A stretch of 64,000 bases of DNA from an uncultured Acidobacteriaceae bacterium (GTDB taxonomy: Bacteria; Acidobacteriota; Terriglobia; Terriglobales; Acidobacteriaceae): assembly GCA_963814015.1 (NCBI GenBank), contig CAWFBI010000007.1, forward strand, positions 247,461 through 311,460. Direction: 5' to 3'. The translations under genes were made by a program, and so were the position numbers. Of this stretch, positions 18,636 to 29,037 are shown one piece after another; positions within the stretch are counted from its first letter, which is position 1, and every line of letters begins with the position of its first letter. The notes beneath the pieces were generated by a model. The model did not search any database. It was not told the origin of the DNA and saw only the letters and a program-made list of their open reading frames with translations.

Positions 18636-20630
18636 TTAGGGGGTCCGGGCGACCGTAACCCTGGACGCCGCCTTTTGCGGCTCCATGACCACTCCATTGT
18701 AGGACGTCGCGGCCACCAGCCGTCCGCCCAATGAGCGCACATGCCGCACCTTCCAGACGGGATCCCAAAACTTAAAGGTCCGGTCCGCAGGGTCAATGGC
18801 CAGCACCCAACTGGAGGCCCAGGAGGTAACGACGACCCGCTTCAAATCCGGGTCGTAGGCGAGTCCACTGACATCCGAGAAGGGAAGGCTGGTCATTTCT
18901 GTCCAGTTCTGACCGTGATCTTCGCTGTAGAAGACGCCCTCACGGCCACCCAGCCAAAGACTCCCATTCCCGGCCATCGCGATAGACTGTAACCAGGTCA
19001 GCTTGTGCGGCATGGCTAACGGTTGCCAGTTTTTGCCGCCGTCCTCGGACCATGCGAGCCCAGTCCGCTGCGCCGCCACCACCATCGGTCCTGAACCAGC
19101 CACCGCACGGTACTCCGTCCTGCCCAGCACCGGGCCGCCTACCCACGATGCACCCTGATCCGCACTGGCATAGACTCCGTTCGCCGTTGCCGCATACCAA
19201 ACGCTACCGGAAGCGTCGACATCACTGACCTTGGCTTCGATTTGTCCGCCAGGCACCATGACGGTTGTTTCTACCTTGGAGCGCTTGCCCTTGTGGACTA
19301 CGTAGGAGGTCTTCTTCTCAGGCTTGACGATCTTTCCATCCGGCTGCCAACTGGTCCCATTCCAGCGGAAAATGCCAGCGTTGGTTCCTGCCAGGATGAC
19401 GCCTTCAGCAGACTGGGACAGGTCAAAGACATCGCGGCCCTGAAGCCCGTTGCTTTGCTGGCTCCAGGTGGCCCCATCGTCATGCGAAGCAAATACCCCT
19501 CCATAACTCTTGTCGTTGACTACGCCGGCAAGAATGGTTTGCGGCGTCTTCGCATCCACCAGCAGACTGGCAACCTGGCGCTGGGAGAAGCCGGTGTTGG
19601 AGGCTTTGAAGCTTGCTGCCGCATCGTCGCTTTCCAGCACCCCGCTGCGGTCGGTCGCCAGCAGTACGTGCTGGGGGTTCTTGGGATCAACATAAACGTC
19701 GTTGATGATCACGTCCGGGCCGGTCATCCGTTTCCAGTTCGTCCCCCCGTCAAGAGTCTTGTACAAACCCTCCGTGGTGCCCGCGTAGACGGTATTTCGA
19801 TTGGTCGGATCCAGCATCAGGACCCGGGTCCTGCGCGCGGTCATGGGAATGCCCTGGATCTTGTGATAGAGCTCGCCGCCGCTGTCGCTGCGGTAGATCC
19901 CGGAACAGGCGCTGGTATAGACCACGCTGGGGACGACGGGATCAATGATGATCGAGAACACATCCGAGTCGTCGATCAGACCCTGTTTGATGTTGTGCCA
20001 GTTGGCGCCCCCGTCGGTCGTCTTCCAGGGCAAGTGCCAGGTCCCCGCGTAGATGGTTCGCGGGTCTTTGGGGTCGATAGCGATGGACTCCACTTCATGT
20101 AGATCCATGCTGCCTTCCGGGGTGATCCGGGTCCACTGAACGCCGCCGTCTTCGCTGCGAAAGACACCCTTCAGCGTGCCTGCAACGATGATTTTGGGAT
20201 CGGACGGCGCCTGGGTGAGGGCGCGGATCGATTGCCCCTTCATGCCTTCGACCGCAGTCCAGGTTTTGCCGGCGTCATGGCTGATAAAGAGACCGCCGTC
20301 GGGATGATCCACCACCCAGGTGCCGACCAGCAGCGTCTTGGGGTCGGACTCATCCACCACGATGTTGTCCACCAGCAGATCGTCGGTCTTCGCCAGCTTG
20401 GCCAGCCTTTGCCAGCTCGCGCCGCCATCCTGGGTCTCATAGATCCAGCTGTTGGTGGTGCCCAGATAAACGTGCTTATCGTTGCCAGGGTCAGCGGCGA
20501 AACTGCGCCCATCCCCTCCATCGGGCCCCACGGGTACCCAGGAAGCAGACTGCGACAGCGCCGGTTGGTTAGGAAAAAGAACGACCAGGAGAAAAGCGGA
20601 GGAGAGAGTACGCCCGATAAATGAAGTCAT
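18636..20630 (-). CDS. secreted BNR/Asp-box (Ycf48/sortilin-VPS10-like) beta-propeller repeat protein
   Basis: 664-aa ORF with an N-terminal signal peptide and many S/T-x-D-G-G-x-x-W repeats (DGGASW, DAGKTW, DGGVQW, DGGANW, DGGTNW, DDGATW, DGGKNW, DHGQNW). Confidence 0.85.
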   Translation of the reverse strand: MTSFIGRTLSSAFLLVVLFPNQPALSQSASWVPVGPDGGDGRSFAADPGNDKHVYLGTTNSWIYETQDGGASWQRLAKLAKTDDLLVDNIVVDESDPKTLLVGTWVVDHPDGGLFISHDAGKTWTAVEGMKGQSIRALTQAPSDPKIIVAGTLKGVFRSEDGGVQWTRITPEGSMDLHEVESIAIDPKDPRTIYAGTWHLPWKTTDGGANWHNIKQGLIDDSDVFSIIIDPVVPSVVYTSACSGIYRSDSGGELYHKIQGIPMTARRTRVLMLDPTNRNTVYAGTTEGLYKTLDGGTNWKRMTGPDVIINDVYVDPKNPQHVLLATDRSGVLESDDAAASFKASNTGFSQRQVASLLVDAKTPQTILAGVVNDKSYGGVFASHDDGATWSQQSNGLQGRDVFDLSQSAEGVILAGTNAGIFRWNGTSWQPDGKIVKPEKKTSYVVHKGKRSKVETTVMVPGGQIEAKVSDVDASGSVWYAATANGVYASADQGASWVGGPVLGRTEYRAVAGSGPMVVAAQRTGLAWSEDGGKNWQPLAMPHKLTWLQSIAMAGNGSLWLGGREGVFYSEDHGQNWTEMTSLPFSDVSGLAYDPDLKRVVVTSWASSWVLAIDPADRTFKFWDPVWKVRHVRSLGGRLVAATSYNGVVMEPQKAASRVTVARTP

Positions 20631-20723
20631 GATTTTCTATTTTGCGTGCCTGGAATGCGGAAAACTCGACGAGATGTCCGCATTCAACCGTGCGCCTGAG
20701 AGAGGGGCAGGGTCAAGCACAAT

Positions 20724-20757
20724 GAAAAGGGTGGCCATTACTATTTGGCCACCCTTT
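20724..20757 (-). terminator. probable rho-independent terminator of the OmpA-family gene
   Basis: Minus-strand RNA reads GAAAGGGUGGCC-loop-GGCCACCCUUUUCAUU, ~25 nt after the stop at 20780. Confidence 0.6.
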
Positions 20758-20779
20758 CCCGTTATAGCTGCCTCGGAGC

Positions 20780-22450
20780 CTACTGGGCTGGCGGGGCTGC
20801 TGCCTTCTTGTGCCGACGAGGTGCAGGCGCTGTTCTGGCTTGAGCCTTCACAGAGTTTTCGTCGACCGCTGTGGTGCCTTGCACGTCGCTGTCGAAGGTT
20901 GCGCCGGCAGGTACAAGGTAGTTCTCCACTTCCTTGTTGCCCTGAGTTCCGGTGCGTACCGAGATCCGGGAAGGATCAATGCCCTTCTCCTTAACCAGGT
21001 AGTCCTTCGTGTTGACGGCGCGCTGTGCAGCCAGCGTGTCGGCCTTCTTCTCGTCGGAAGCCGCCTCGCCAACCAGCACCGCGCTGGCATCGGTTTGTTG
21101 TTGCAGGTTCAGAGCGACGTCATCGAGGCAGGCCTTAGCCTCGTTGTCGACCCGAGCCGGGCGACGCTTGTCACGATCGAAGTTGATCGAGCAGAGCGTC
21201 TTCGTCTTCGGTGCGGGCGGCGGCGGCGGTGCTTCAACATTGACCGAGGTCGTCGAAGTAGCCGTTTGACCCTTGTCGTCCTGCACGCTGCAAGTTACGG
21301 TGATGGTGCCAGCCGGCGCACCAGTCGTGCTTAGTGTGGCAGTGTTCCCGCTCCCGCTGACCTGGCCAGCCGAGGCACTGAACGTATAAGTGAGTGGCCG
21401 GTTCTGCGGGCTTACACCCTGCGAAGTGATGGTTGCCGTACCACCAGGCTGAACGGTCGTCGGATTGGCCGAGCAGCTGAGCGTCGGAGGATCGTACTGT
21501 TTGATGGTGAAGTTAGCCGTGCAATCCGCGAATTGGCCAACCTTCTGCCCTTCAGAGACGTGACCAGTAACGGTGTAGTTACCAGGATTCAAACCGCTGG
21601 TATCTACCGCGCCCGTGGTGTTATCGCCAGTCACTTTGACGCCCTCGCCGCCCGTCCAGCTATAGGTCGCTGTCTTCTTCGGGTTTAGATTGGTCGCCGT
21701 GCCGGTGACCGTTATGGGGTCGCCAGGAAACGCCGGGGACGGAGCCGCGGTGCAGCTATAGGTCACAGGAGGCGGCGGAAGAATGCTGCCCATGTGATAA
21801 ACCAGACCGGTGCTCAGGCGGGCAATCTTCAGGTTCGCCCGGCCGCCGGTTGGATATGGCGGTTGGGGACCGAAGTTGGTGTGGAAGTATTCGTAATCTG
21901 CCTGGAACAGGCGCAGCCCAAGGTGGCCCCCCAGGAACGGCAGACCATAATCCAGGCCGCCGCCTACGGTCAATGCAGGGCCAAACGTGTAAGGCTGCTT
22001 ATACGGCCCACCCAGCCTGTTAAATCCGGCGTCTCCATGAACAAATGGCGTAATCTCCGCGGTCGGATAGCGGAAGATCATACCCAGCTGTCCACTAGAC
22101 GCTCCATCATTGTTCCCGTCGGGGTGGTTGGCATACTCAAATTGTCCACCCACGTAGCGGTTGAAGAAGTAGGAAACACTCCCAATGGCGCCATAATTGA
22201 TGGACGAATAGGAGACCGGGCCGTTGATACCGATGTTAGCCCCGGACGGAATCGTAACCGAGCCGTGAGGCGCGAAATACGAGTAGCCTAGGAAAATGTC
22301 GATCCGTGAAGCCGGCGCGTCTGCAGGAGCTGCTGCCGGCTTGGGGGCTGTACTGGTCGAATCCTGCGCTAAGAGACTCACTGAACCGAGTCCCACAGCA
22401 CTTGCCACAAGAAGAATTCGGCCCAGTGAACTAAAGGGGCGAGAGTGCAT
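20780..22450 (-). CDS. OmpA-family outer-membrane protein (beta-barrel + Ig-like repeats + OmpA_C)
   Basis: Signal peptide from MHSRPF (start 22450), a porin-like Y/G-rich N-domain, two T/S-rich Ig-like repeats, a proline linker (PPPPPAP) and a C-terminal OmpA-like domain. Confidence 0.85.
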   Translation of the reverse strand: MHSRPFSSLGRILLVASAVGLGSVSLLAQDSTSTAPKPAAAPADAPASRIDIFLGYSYFAPHGSVTIPSGANIGINGPVSYSSINYGAIGSVSYFFNRYVGGQFEYANHPDGNNDGASSGQLGMIFRYPTAEITPFVHGDAGFNRLGGPYKQPYTFGPALTVGGGLDYGLPFLGGHLGLRLFQADYEYFHTNFGPQPPYPTGGRANLKIARLSTGLVYHMGSILPPPPVTYSCTAAPSPAFPGDPITVTGTATNLNPKKTATYSWTGGEGVKVTGDNTTGAVDTSGLNPGNYTVTGHVSEGQKVGQFADCTANFTIKQYDPPTLSCSANPTTVQPGGTATITSQGVSPQNRPLTYTFSASAGQVSGSGNTATLSTTGAPAGTITVTCSVQDDKGQTATSTTSVNVEAPPPPPAPKTKTLCSINFDRDKRRPARVDNEAKACLDDVALNLQQQTDASAVLVGEAASDEKKADTLAAQRAVNTKDYLVKEKGIDPSRISVRTGTQGNKEVENYLVPAGATFDSDVQGTTAVDENSVKAQARTAPAPRRHKKAAAPPAQ

Positions 22451-22760
22451 GCGTCTATCCTCCGCAACCACTGGAAAGTCAAACAAAACCTGGAAGTCTT
22501 TCAACAAGGCATCGAGCCAAAATGGAACGTGGCTCGACTCACAATCAATTTCGTGTCACGCAAATACCAGACCGTTGGATGCAAAAACATCCACATCCGG
22601 TAATCTACAGCATATTTCTAATCTCGACTAGCCTTAATTCTCAACATCTTAACGGTGGAAGCGCGAAGGCATTGTGTTCTTGGTTACCTTTTCGATCAAT
22701 CAGCGTCTCCCCCTGCGCACAAAAAAAGAACCGCCCTGCAAAGTTATTACAATTGCACAA

Positions 22761-23342
22761 TTATTGGAAGTTTAATGCGCGTTTTAGGCTTCCTCGTTCG
22801 CGCAGAATCTTTTCCTGAAGAAGTGTTATCGCATACATCAACTGTTCCGGACGCGGCGGACACCCGGGCACATATACATCCACCGGGATAATCTGATTCA
22901 CTCCCTGGACCAGCGCGTAGTTATTGAATACGCCGCCGGAAGTGGCGCAGGCGCCCATCGAGATCACCCATTTTGGCTCCGGCATCTGCTCATAAAGCCG
23001 GCGGATTACCGGGGCCATCTTCTGCGATACTCTGCCCGCAATCACCATCAGGTCAGATTGCCGCGGTGAGGGGCGAAAAACCTCTGCGCCAAAACGCGCT
23101 ATATCAAATCGGGCCCCGCCCATCGACATCATTTCGATCGCACAGCAGGCTAAGCCAAAGGTCATAGGCCACACTGAACTCTTGCGAATCCAGTTCACGG
23201 CAAAATCCAAAGAGGTCATGACCACCCCCTCGGGTTGCTCGTAACCGAAATTTACTTCGCGGACTTTCTCCTGATTCTTGCCGCTGGACTCCAAAGACCC
23301 AAATAAATACCGGTCATTGCCTGTTGCGCTCATAGCTACCAC
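22761..23342 (-). CDS. nuoB: NADH-quinone oxidoreductase subunit B (NuoB/20-kDa family)
   Basis: [26 protein letters not shown] and VPGCPP motifs supply the N2 cluster cysteines. No other nuo genes are adjacent. Confidence 0.9.
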   Translation of the reverse strand: MVAMSATGNDRYLFGSLESSGKNQEKVREVNFGYEQPEGVVMTSLDFAVNWIRKSSVWPMTFGLACCAIEMMSMGGARFDIARFGAEVFRPSPRQSDLMVIAGRVSQKMAPVIRRLYEQMPEPKWVISMGACATSGGVFNNYALVQGVNQIIPVDVYVPGCPPRPEQLMYAITLLQEKILRERGSLKRALNFQ

Positions 23343-23424
23343 TATAAGGCATTCATTATGCAGATTCGGGGAATTATGGGCCCTGTCCGGGCCTTGCGCG
23401 GCTATACTCTTTGGAAATCAGATT

Positions 23425-23763
23425 ATGCAAAAAATTGAAGCTGTCATTCAGCCGTCAAAACTAGACGCAGTCAAAGATGCTCTGCTCGCCATCGGCGTAG
23501 AGGGCATGACAATCCTTGAAGCACGCGGCCACGGGCGGCAAAAAGGCCACACCGAGTTCTATCGCGGCCGCGAGTATACGGTCGACCTTTTGCCCAAGAT
23601 CAAGATCGAAACCGTGGTTCCGGACGAACTGCTGGACAAAGCCGTCCAGGCCATCATCACCGCAACCCGAACGGGGAAGATTGGGGACGGCAAGATTTTC
23701 GTCTCCGCAATCGACGAAGCCATCCGCATCCGCAACGGCGAACGCGGCGCGGCTGCGCTCTAA
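23425..23763 (+). CDS. glnB: nitrogen regulatory protein P-II
   Basis: 112-aa protein MQKIEAVIQPSKLDAVKDAL.. with the T-loop GRQKGHTEFYRGREY and C-terminal TGKIGDGKIFV. Confidence 0.95.
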   Translation: MQKIEAVIQPSKLDAVKDALLAIGVEGMTILEARGHGRQKGHTEFYRGREYTVDLLPKIKIETVVPDELLDKAVQAIITATRTGKIGDGKIFVSAIDEAIRIRNGERGAAAL

Positions 23764-23890
23764 AGGTTTGGGTTGTTGTTGAACACGGTAGGAAGCGCCG
23801 CGAAGAGCCGGTTGCCCCATACTTGGAACTCTTTACGGTTTAAGCCTGGGACCATCAATCCCTGCTGTCAAAATCTCATTCGCGGTCGAC

Positions 23891-26497
23891 ATGAAAGCTG
23901 CATTCACGTCTCACCAGCAGTTGCGAGAGCACTATCAGGCCGAGATGGCGGCCATGCGCCAGTCCTTCGAGCGCACCGGCAACGGCGTGCTTTGCATCCG
24001 CCGCCGCGCCCTGGTAGTCGATTGCCTGCTGGAGCCCCTATGGCGTTTTGAGAGCGGCGGGCCGCTTCCCCCGGGGTTGGCGCTAGTGGCCGTAGGTGGC
24101 TTTGGCCGTAAGGAACTCTTCCCTTGCTCCGACGTCGATCTGCTCTACCTTTGTAGCGACGAAAAGGTGGAAGACAAGTTTCGCGAGTCAGTCCGAGGCT
24201 GTAATCAGGCCATGTGGGATCTCGGCCTGCGCGCCAGCCCCATGATCCGCACCCTCAAGGAATGCGATCGCTACGACCCCGATAACATCGAATTCACCCT
24301 GTCCCTGCTTGACCGCCGCTTCATCGCCGGCGACCACGGCTTGTACCAGACCTTGCAGATGCAAACGCTGCCCGAAGTCGCACTGCGCGAATGGGGCGGC
24401 ATCGTTCACAAGCTTGCCGACCTGGCCCGCGCGCGCCACCAGAAATACGGCAACACCATCTTCCATCTCGAACCCAATATCAAAGAGTGTCCGGGCGGTC
24501 TGCGCGATCATCAGCTGGCCCACTGGCTCAGCCTGATGCACCATGTTCGTGAACACAAGGCCTGGCCCACCAGCTTTGGGAACTCCCTTTATGCGGTGCA
24601 CAACGACGCCGCTTCGGCATTCGAATTTCTGAGCGCTACCCGGTGCTTTCTCCATTTGCGCAGCAGCCGCGACGACAACAGCCTCGACTGGCATGCGCAG
24701 GATGAAGCAGCGGCGCAGAGCATCGGCCTGGAGACCAAGGGCACCTCCGACCCTGCGTACTGGATGCGGACCTACTACCGTCATGCCCGCACGGTCTATC
24801 GCCGCGCAATCTTAGCCATGGAGTCGCTGCCGCCGGCGCGGCAGTCTTTCTACCGGCCGCAACGGCGTAAGCGTGTTCCCATTCCGGGCACTGACTTCGT
24901 GGTCCAGGACAACCGTGTCGATGTCTCGGAAGCTGCCCTGCTCACGGGTCCGGAAGGCATTCTTCGTGTCTTTGCTCTGATCGCGGCGCACGGCTACCGG
25001 TTGACACAAAATGCGGAAGATCGCCTGGCCGACGCTCTCCCCGTGCTCGATGTGCACATCCCGGAGGGACCATTCCTGTGGAACGGGCTGCGCGAAATCC
25101 TGCTCGGACCCCACGCCGCTCACGCGCTGCGCACCATGCATGCCCTGGGCATTCTGGAGTTGCTCATCCCCGAGTTCCACGGCATCGACGCACTGGTTAT
25201 TCGCGACTCGTACCATCGTTACACGGTCGATGAGCATACCTTTCTGGTCATCGACAATGTTCATGCCCTGCGTCAGCCGCACCTTGCCTGGGAACGGCGC
25301 TTTTCCACCCTGCTCGCCGAAATCGACCGCCTCGATCTCTTCTTCCTCGCGGTGCTCATGCACGACACCGGCAAGGCCCGGCGTACCGGCGACCACACAG
25401 TGCAGAGCGTAGAACTGGCCGATAGCCTGCTGGCGCGGCTGGAACTGGATGCTGAAGAGCGCGACCTGGTCCGGCGGCTGATTCGCAATCACCTGGAAAT
25501 GTCGATGACTTTGCGGCGCGACATTTTTGACGCAGAAACCATTCGCGCGTTTGCGGAAAAGGCTGCTTCGCAGACCCACCTCAAAATGCTCTGCCTGATG
25601 ACCTATGCCGACATCAAGGCAGTGAATCCGGACGCGCTCACCCCGTGGAAGGCGGATAGTCTGTGGCAACTCTATATCGCCACCTCCAACTTCATGGACC
25701 GTAGTGTCGACCAGGAACGCTATCGCGCCGATGCAGACCCGACTCAGCTCAAGCGCATTCTTACGCTGGCCCCGGAGCGTGCCCAGGAGCTACGCAGCTT
25801 TCTCGAAGGGTTTCCCCAGCGCTACTTGCAGACGCGCATGCCGGAGCAGATCCGCGATCATTTTCAGATGGCTTTGCAGCTCTCCGAGTCACCCGTTCAG
25901 ATCAACCTGCGAAACGTGCGCCAGCTGTGGGAACTTGCCGTCGTCACCCGCGACCGACCCCTGCTGTTTGCCGACATGGCCGGCGCCCTCTCCTCCTGGG
26001 GCATGAACATTGTTAAAGCCGAGGCGTTTTCCGACGACGCAGGAATTATCGTCGACACCTTTCAGTTTTCCGATCCCTTCCGCACGCTAGAGCTCAACCC
26101 TTCAGAGGAAGATCGCTTCCGCAAGAGCCTTCTGGACGTCATCTCGCTCAAGACGCCGATCGAAGTCCTGTTGCGCCGCCGCCAGGCTGTCCGTGCTCCC
26201 ATCATGGTCAAGGTAGCGACTCGACTGGATTTAGATAACACGGCTTCCACCCACAGCACGCTGCTGCAGGTGGTGGCTCAGGACGGGCCCGGTCTGCTGC
26301 GCCAGATTGCCACCACACTGGCCGCTCACAATTGCAATATCGAGGTGGCCCTGATCGATACCGAAGGGGAGATAGCAATCGACGTTTTTTATCTCACTAT
26401 TGACGGCGCCAAACTCGACCAGGCTACTCAGGAGCAGCTCCATGCTGCCCTTCTGCTCGCGGTGGAGGAGCTCCGCCCCGCGCACGCCGGCGATTAG
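23891..26497 (+). CDS. glnD: [protein-PII] uridylyltransferase / uridylyl-removing enzyme
   Basis: 868-aa ORF with a nucleotidyltransferase N-domain (GGFGRKELFPCSDVDL), an HD domain (VLMHDTGK) and two C-terminal ACT-like domains. Lies next to glnB. Confidence 0.9.
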   Translation: MKAAFTSHQQLREHYQAEMAAMRQSFERTGNGVLCIRRRALVVDCLLEPLWRFESGGPLPPGLALVAVGGFGRKELFPCSDVDLLYLCSDEKVEDKFRESVRGCNQAMWDLGLRASPMIRTLKECDRYDPDNIEFTLSLLDRRFIAGDHGLYQTLQMQTLPEVALREWGGIVHKLADLARARHQKYGNTIFHLEPNIKECPGGLRDHQLAHWLSLMHHVREHKAWPTSFGNSLYAVHNDAASAFEFLSATRCFLHLRSSRDDNSLDWHAQDEAAAQSIGLETKGTSDPAYWMRTYYRHARTVYRRAILAMESLPPARQSFYRPQRRKRVPIPGTDFVVQDNRVDVSEAALLTGPEGILRVFALIAAHGYRLTQNAEDRLADALPVLDVHIPEGPFLWNGLREILLGPHAAHALRTMHALGILELLIPEFHGIDALVIRDSYHRYTVDEHTFLVIDNVHALRQPHLAWERRFSTLLAEIDRLDLFFLAVLMHDTGKARRTGDHTVQSVELADSLLARLELDAEERDLVRRLIRNHLEMSMTLRRDIFDAETIRAFAEKAASQTHLKMLCLMTYADIKAVNPDALTPWKADSLWQLYIATSNFMDRSVDQERYRADADPTQLKRILTLAPERAQELRSFLEGFPQRYLQTRMPEQIRDHFQMALQLSESPVQINLRNVRQLWELAVVTRDRPLLFADMAGALSSWGMNIVKAEAFSDDAGIIVDTFQFSDPFRTLELNPSEEDRFRKSLLDVISLKTPIEVLLRRRQAVRAPIMVKVATRLDLDNTASTHSTLLQVVAQDGPGLLRQIATTLAAHNCNIEVALIDTEGEIAIDVFYLTIDGAKLDQATQEQLHAALLLAVEELRPAHAGD

Positions 26498-26530
26498 GGC
26501 AGCAAGGGTCTACCATTAAGTGAGCGCAAG

Positions 26531-28630
26531 GTGAAACTGAGCCGGACCATCCGCAAATACTTTCGTCTGCGCCGGCATTCGCGGCAGCGACCCGCCTTTG
26601 CACGCGCCCAGGATGAGATTCGCGCCCGGACCAAAGCATTTTCCGCCGCGACCACTCTGGATACGCAGACTGCCAGCTTCACTCGGCTTTTCCATTCCAT
26701 TTGGACCGGCTCCAACGAACGCGCCTTCAACGTGCGCCTGCTGTGCTGGATCCGCATGGCGGAGCATGACGATCTGCTGCGGCTCGATTTTCAGGAAGCT
26801 TTTCAATCCATGCTTTCCCAGCTCGATTCCGTGGCTCTGCTGGCCGAGGCCGGCTTGCCCCGGCACCACGCAGTCTTCTCGGAAGGGCTCCGCCGCATCT
26901 TCAATCGCCTGCTCCCTTCAGCGATGGCGGTAACGGATAGCTCCCGCCTGCTGATCTCGCTCTTCGCCCACAGCCGCGATGTGGAGCGCTTCCTGGAGTT
27001 GCCCCAATCCCTCTTTGAGCGTCTCAGCATAATCCTCGCTCCGCCTGCCACGGGCGGTGGACCGCGCTCCTCACCTCGCCTGCAGAGCGATTTGCGCCAG
27101 GCACTGTGCCTGATCGCCACCCGCATCGCCGGCCGCGGCGTGACCGTGGCCATGCGCGACCGCGGCGGCCGGGCCGAGGTACAGAATTCACCCTTTTACC
27201 AGTTGATTTTCGCTACCGAGGAGCTGGTCGGAGCCCCCGACGCCACTGCCGCCGCCCCTCGCTTTGAGGTCTGGAAAGCAGCTATCAGCAACTGCCGCAA
27301 AGAGCTCGGCCTGGTGCGGCTGGGTATGGAGACTACCGGGGTCAGCGCCGACCTGGTGCTCGACCTGCGGAGTATCGAGCTGGCCCTGATGCGCATGCAC
27401 GGGCTGGCCAGAGTTCTTACCTACGGCGCTGCACCGGTGCCTGGTATCGATAGTTCTGCGGCCGCCCGCAACCTGCTGAACCAGCTCATCGAAGGCCGTC
27501 TGGAAGATAAGCGGGTTTCGGCCCTGCTCAAGCAAAACCTGAATCTGCTGGCACGCAAGACAGTGGAGCGAACCGGCCGCAGCGGCGAACACTACATCGC
27601 CCACAGCCGCAAAGAGTATTGGCAAATGTGGCTTGCCGCCGTGGGCGGGGGGCTGTTAACGGTGCTGACCGCTGCCTTCAAGATGCGCATCGTGGAGCAG
27701 CATTTCCCGCTCTTTGTGGAGGGATTTCTTACCGGCACCAACTACGCCATCAGCTTTATTCTGCTGCAGGTCTTCGGCCTGGTGCTGGCCACCAAGCAGC
27801 CTTCGGCCACGGCCGCTACCTTTGCAGGCATTGTGCGCAACAACCCGGGCAGGGCCAGCTGGAGCAAGATTTCTGACTTCACCGCACGCATCAGCCGCAC
27901 CCAGTTGGCTGCGGCCATCGGCAACGTGATCGCCGTCTGCATCGGCTCTGTTGCCCTGGAGCGTCTGTGGCGGGTGATGTTTGCAGAACATTACCTGCCC
28001 GACGAGAGCGCCCGGCATGTGTACGAGGCGCTTCATCCTTTTGCCTCCGGGACCATCATTTTCGCAGCGGGGACAGGCGTCATCTTGTGGCTGGCGGCGC
28101 TCATTGGCGGATGGTGTGAAAATTTTGCGGTGTTTCACCGCTTGACGGAAGCCGTCTCTCAGCATCCCTTTGGCCTGCGTGTCGGGCACAACCGGATGGC
28201 GCGCCTGGCGGCGTGGATAGAACTCAACCTGGCCGGCTGGAGCACCAGCATCGCGCTTGGCTATCTGCTGGGTTTTGTGCCCGTAGTTGCCCGCTTCTTC
28301 GGCATACCGTTCGATGTACGCCACGTGACCCTTTCCACCGGCACCCTGGCGCTGGCGGCTGCCCGGTTCGGCACCAGTTCCTTTGGCAAGGACTGGTTTT
28401 ATTATGCTTTGGCCGGGATCGGAGTCACCTTCGTTCTTAACCTCGGTGTCAGCTTCTCCATCGCGTCGTTTGTGGCCCTGCGCGCTTACGACGTCCGCGG
28501 GCGGGAACAGTTAATGCTGCTCCGTTATCTACTGCGGCAGATCGTTCGCTCCCCACTCAAGTTCCTGTTGCCGGTGGAGCGTGAGACCCCACCGGTCTCC
28601 ATCCTTACCGCTGTGCCGGAGGAAAAATAG
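26531..28630 (+). CDS. large membrane protein resembling the PF10136 family (annotated 'site-specific recombinase'; function uncertain)
   Basis: 699-aa ORF with a GTG start. Soluble helical N-terminal half (LPRHHAVFSEGLRRIFNRLLPS), then about six TM helices. Family assignment is from memory only. Confidence 0.6.
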   Translation: MKLSRTIRKYFRLRRHSRQRPAFARAQDEIRARTKAFSAATTLDTQTASFTRLFHSIWTGSNERAFNVRLLCWIRMAEHDDLLRLDFQEAFQSMLSQLDSVALLAEAGLPRHHAVFSEGLRRIFNRLLPSAMAVTDSSRLLISLFAHSRDVERFLELPQSLFERLSIILAPPATGGGPRSSPRLQSDLRQALCLIATRIAGRGVTVAMRDRGGRAEVQNSPFYQLIFATEELVGAPDATAAAPRFEVWKAAISNCRKELGLVRLGMETTGVSADLVLDLRSIELALMRMHGLARVLTYGAAPVPGIDSSAAARNLLNQLIEGRLEDKRVSALLKQNLNLLARKTVERTGRSGEHYIAHSRKEYWQMWLAAVGGGLLTVLTAAFKMRIVEQHFPLFVEGFLTGTNYAISFILLQVFGLVLATKQPSATAATFAGIVRNNPGRASWSKISDFTARISRTQLAAAIGNVIAVCIGSVALERLWRVMFAEHYLPDESARHVYEALHPFASGTIIFAAGTGVILWLAALIGGWCENFAVFHRLTEAVSQHPFGLRVGHNRMARLAAWIELNLAGWSTSIALGYLLGFVPVVARFFGIPFDVRHVTLSTGTLALAAARFGTSSFGKDWFYYALAGIGVTFVLNLGVSFSIASFVALRAYDVRGREQLMLLRYLLRQIVRSPLKFLLPVERETPPVSILTAVPEEK

Positions 28631-28668
28631 GCCCTGGAGGGATCTGCTGTTTCTTTTTCATTCGGGGA

Positions 28669-29037
28669 TTACTTGGCGGGCTGGTTGGCCTGGGGCTTGT
28701 CGTTCAGCGCGTAGATCACCTCGCCTGGCTTGGCATAGCGCAAAATAACTCTCGCCTCGCGCTCGATCGCATCCGGATCCGACTGCAGATGCTGCACCTG
28801 ATCCTGCAGGCGGCTATTCTGCTGCTGCAATTGCTGAATCTCCTTCTGCAGCATCTGGTGCTGATGGCGCTTCTGCTGATAGGCCGTCAGCCCGTTGGCC
28901 CCAAAGGTCGCGTGGTAGCCCAACAAAACGGCGATGACAATAGCCGTAACGGTTGCCGCGCGACGACCAGAACGAGAAAGATACAACCAGATGCTCTGCC
29001 TCAAACTCTGCCGCTGCGCCTTCTTTTCTGCTGTCAT
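28669..29037 (-). CDS. septum formation initiator family protein (FtsB/DivIC-like)
   Basis: 122 aa from ATG 29037: one TM helix, a Q/L-rich coiled coil (LQKEIQQLQQQNSRLQDQVQHL), then DPDAIEREAR. The longer 29367 start would overlap cutA. Confidence 0.8.
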   Translation of the reverse strand: MTAEKKAQRQSLRQSIWLYLSRSGRRAATVTAIVIAVLLGYHATFGANGLTAYQQKRHQHQMLQKEIQQLQQQNSRLQDQVQHLQSDPDAIEREARVILRYAKPGEVIYALNDKPQANQPAK

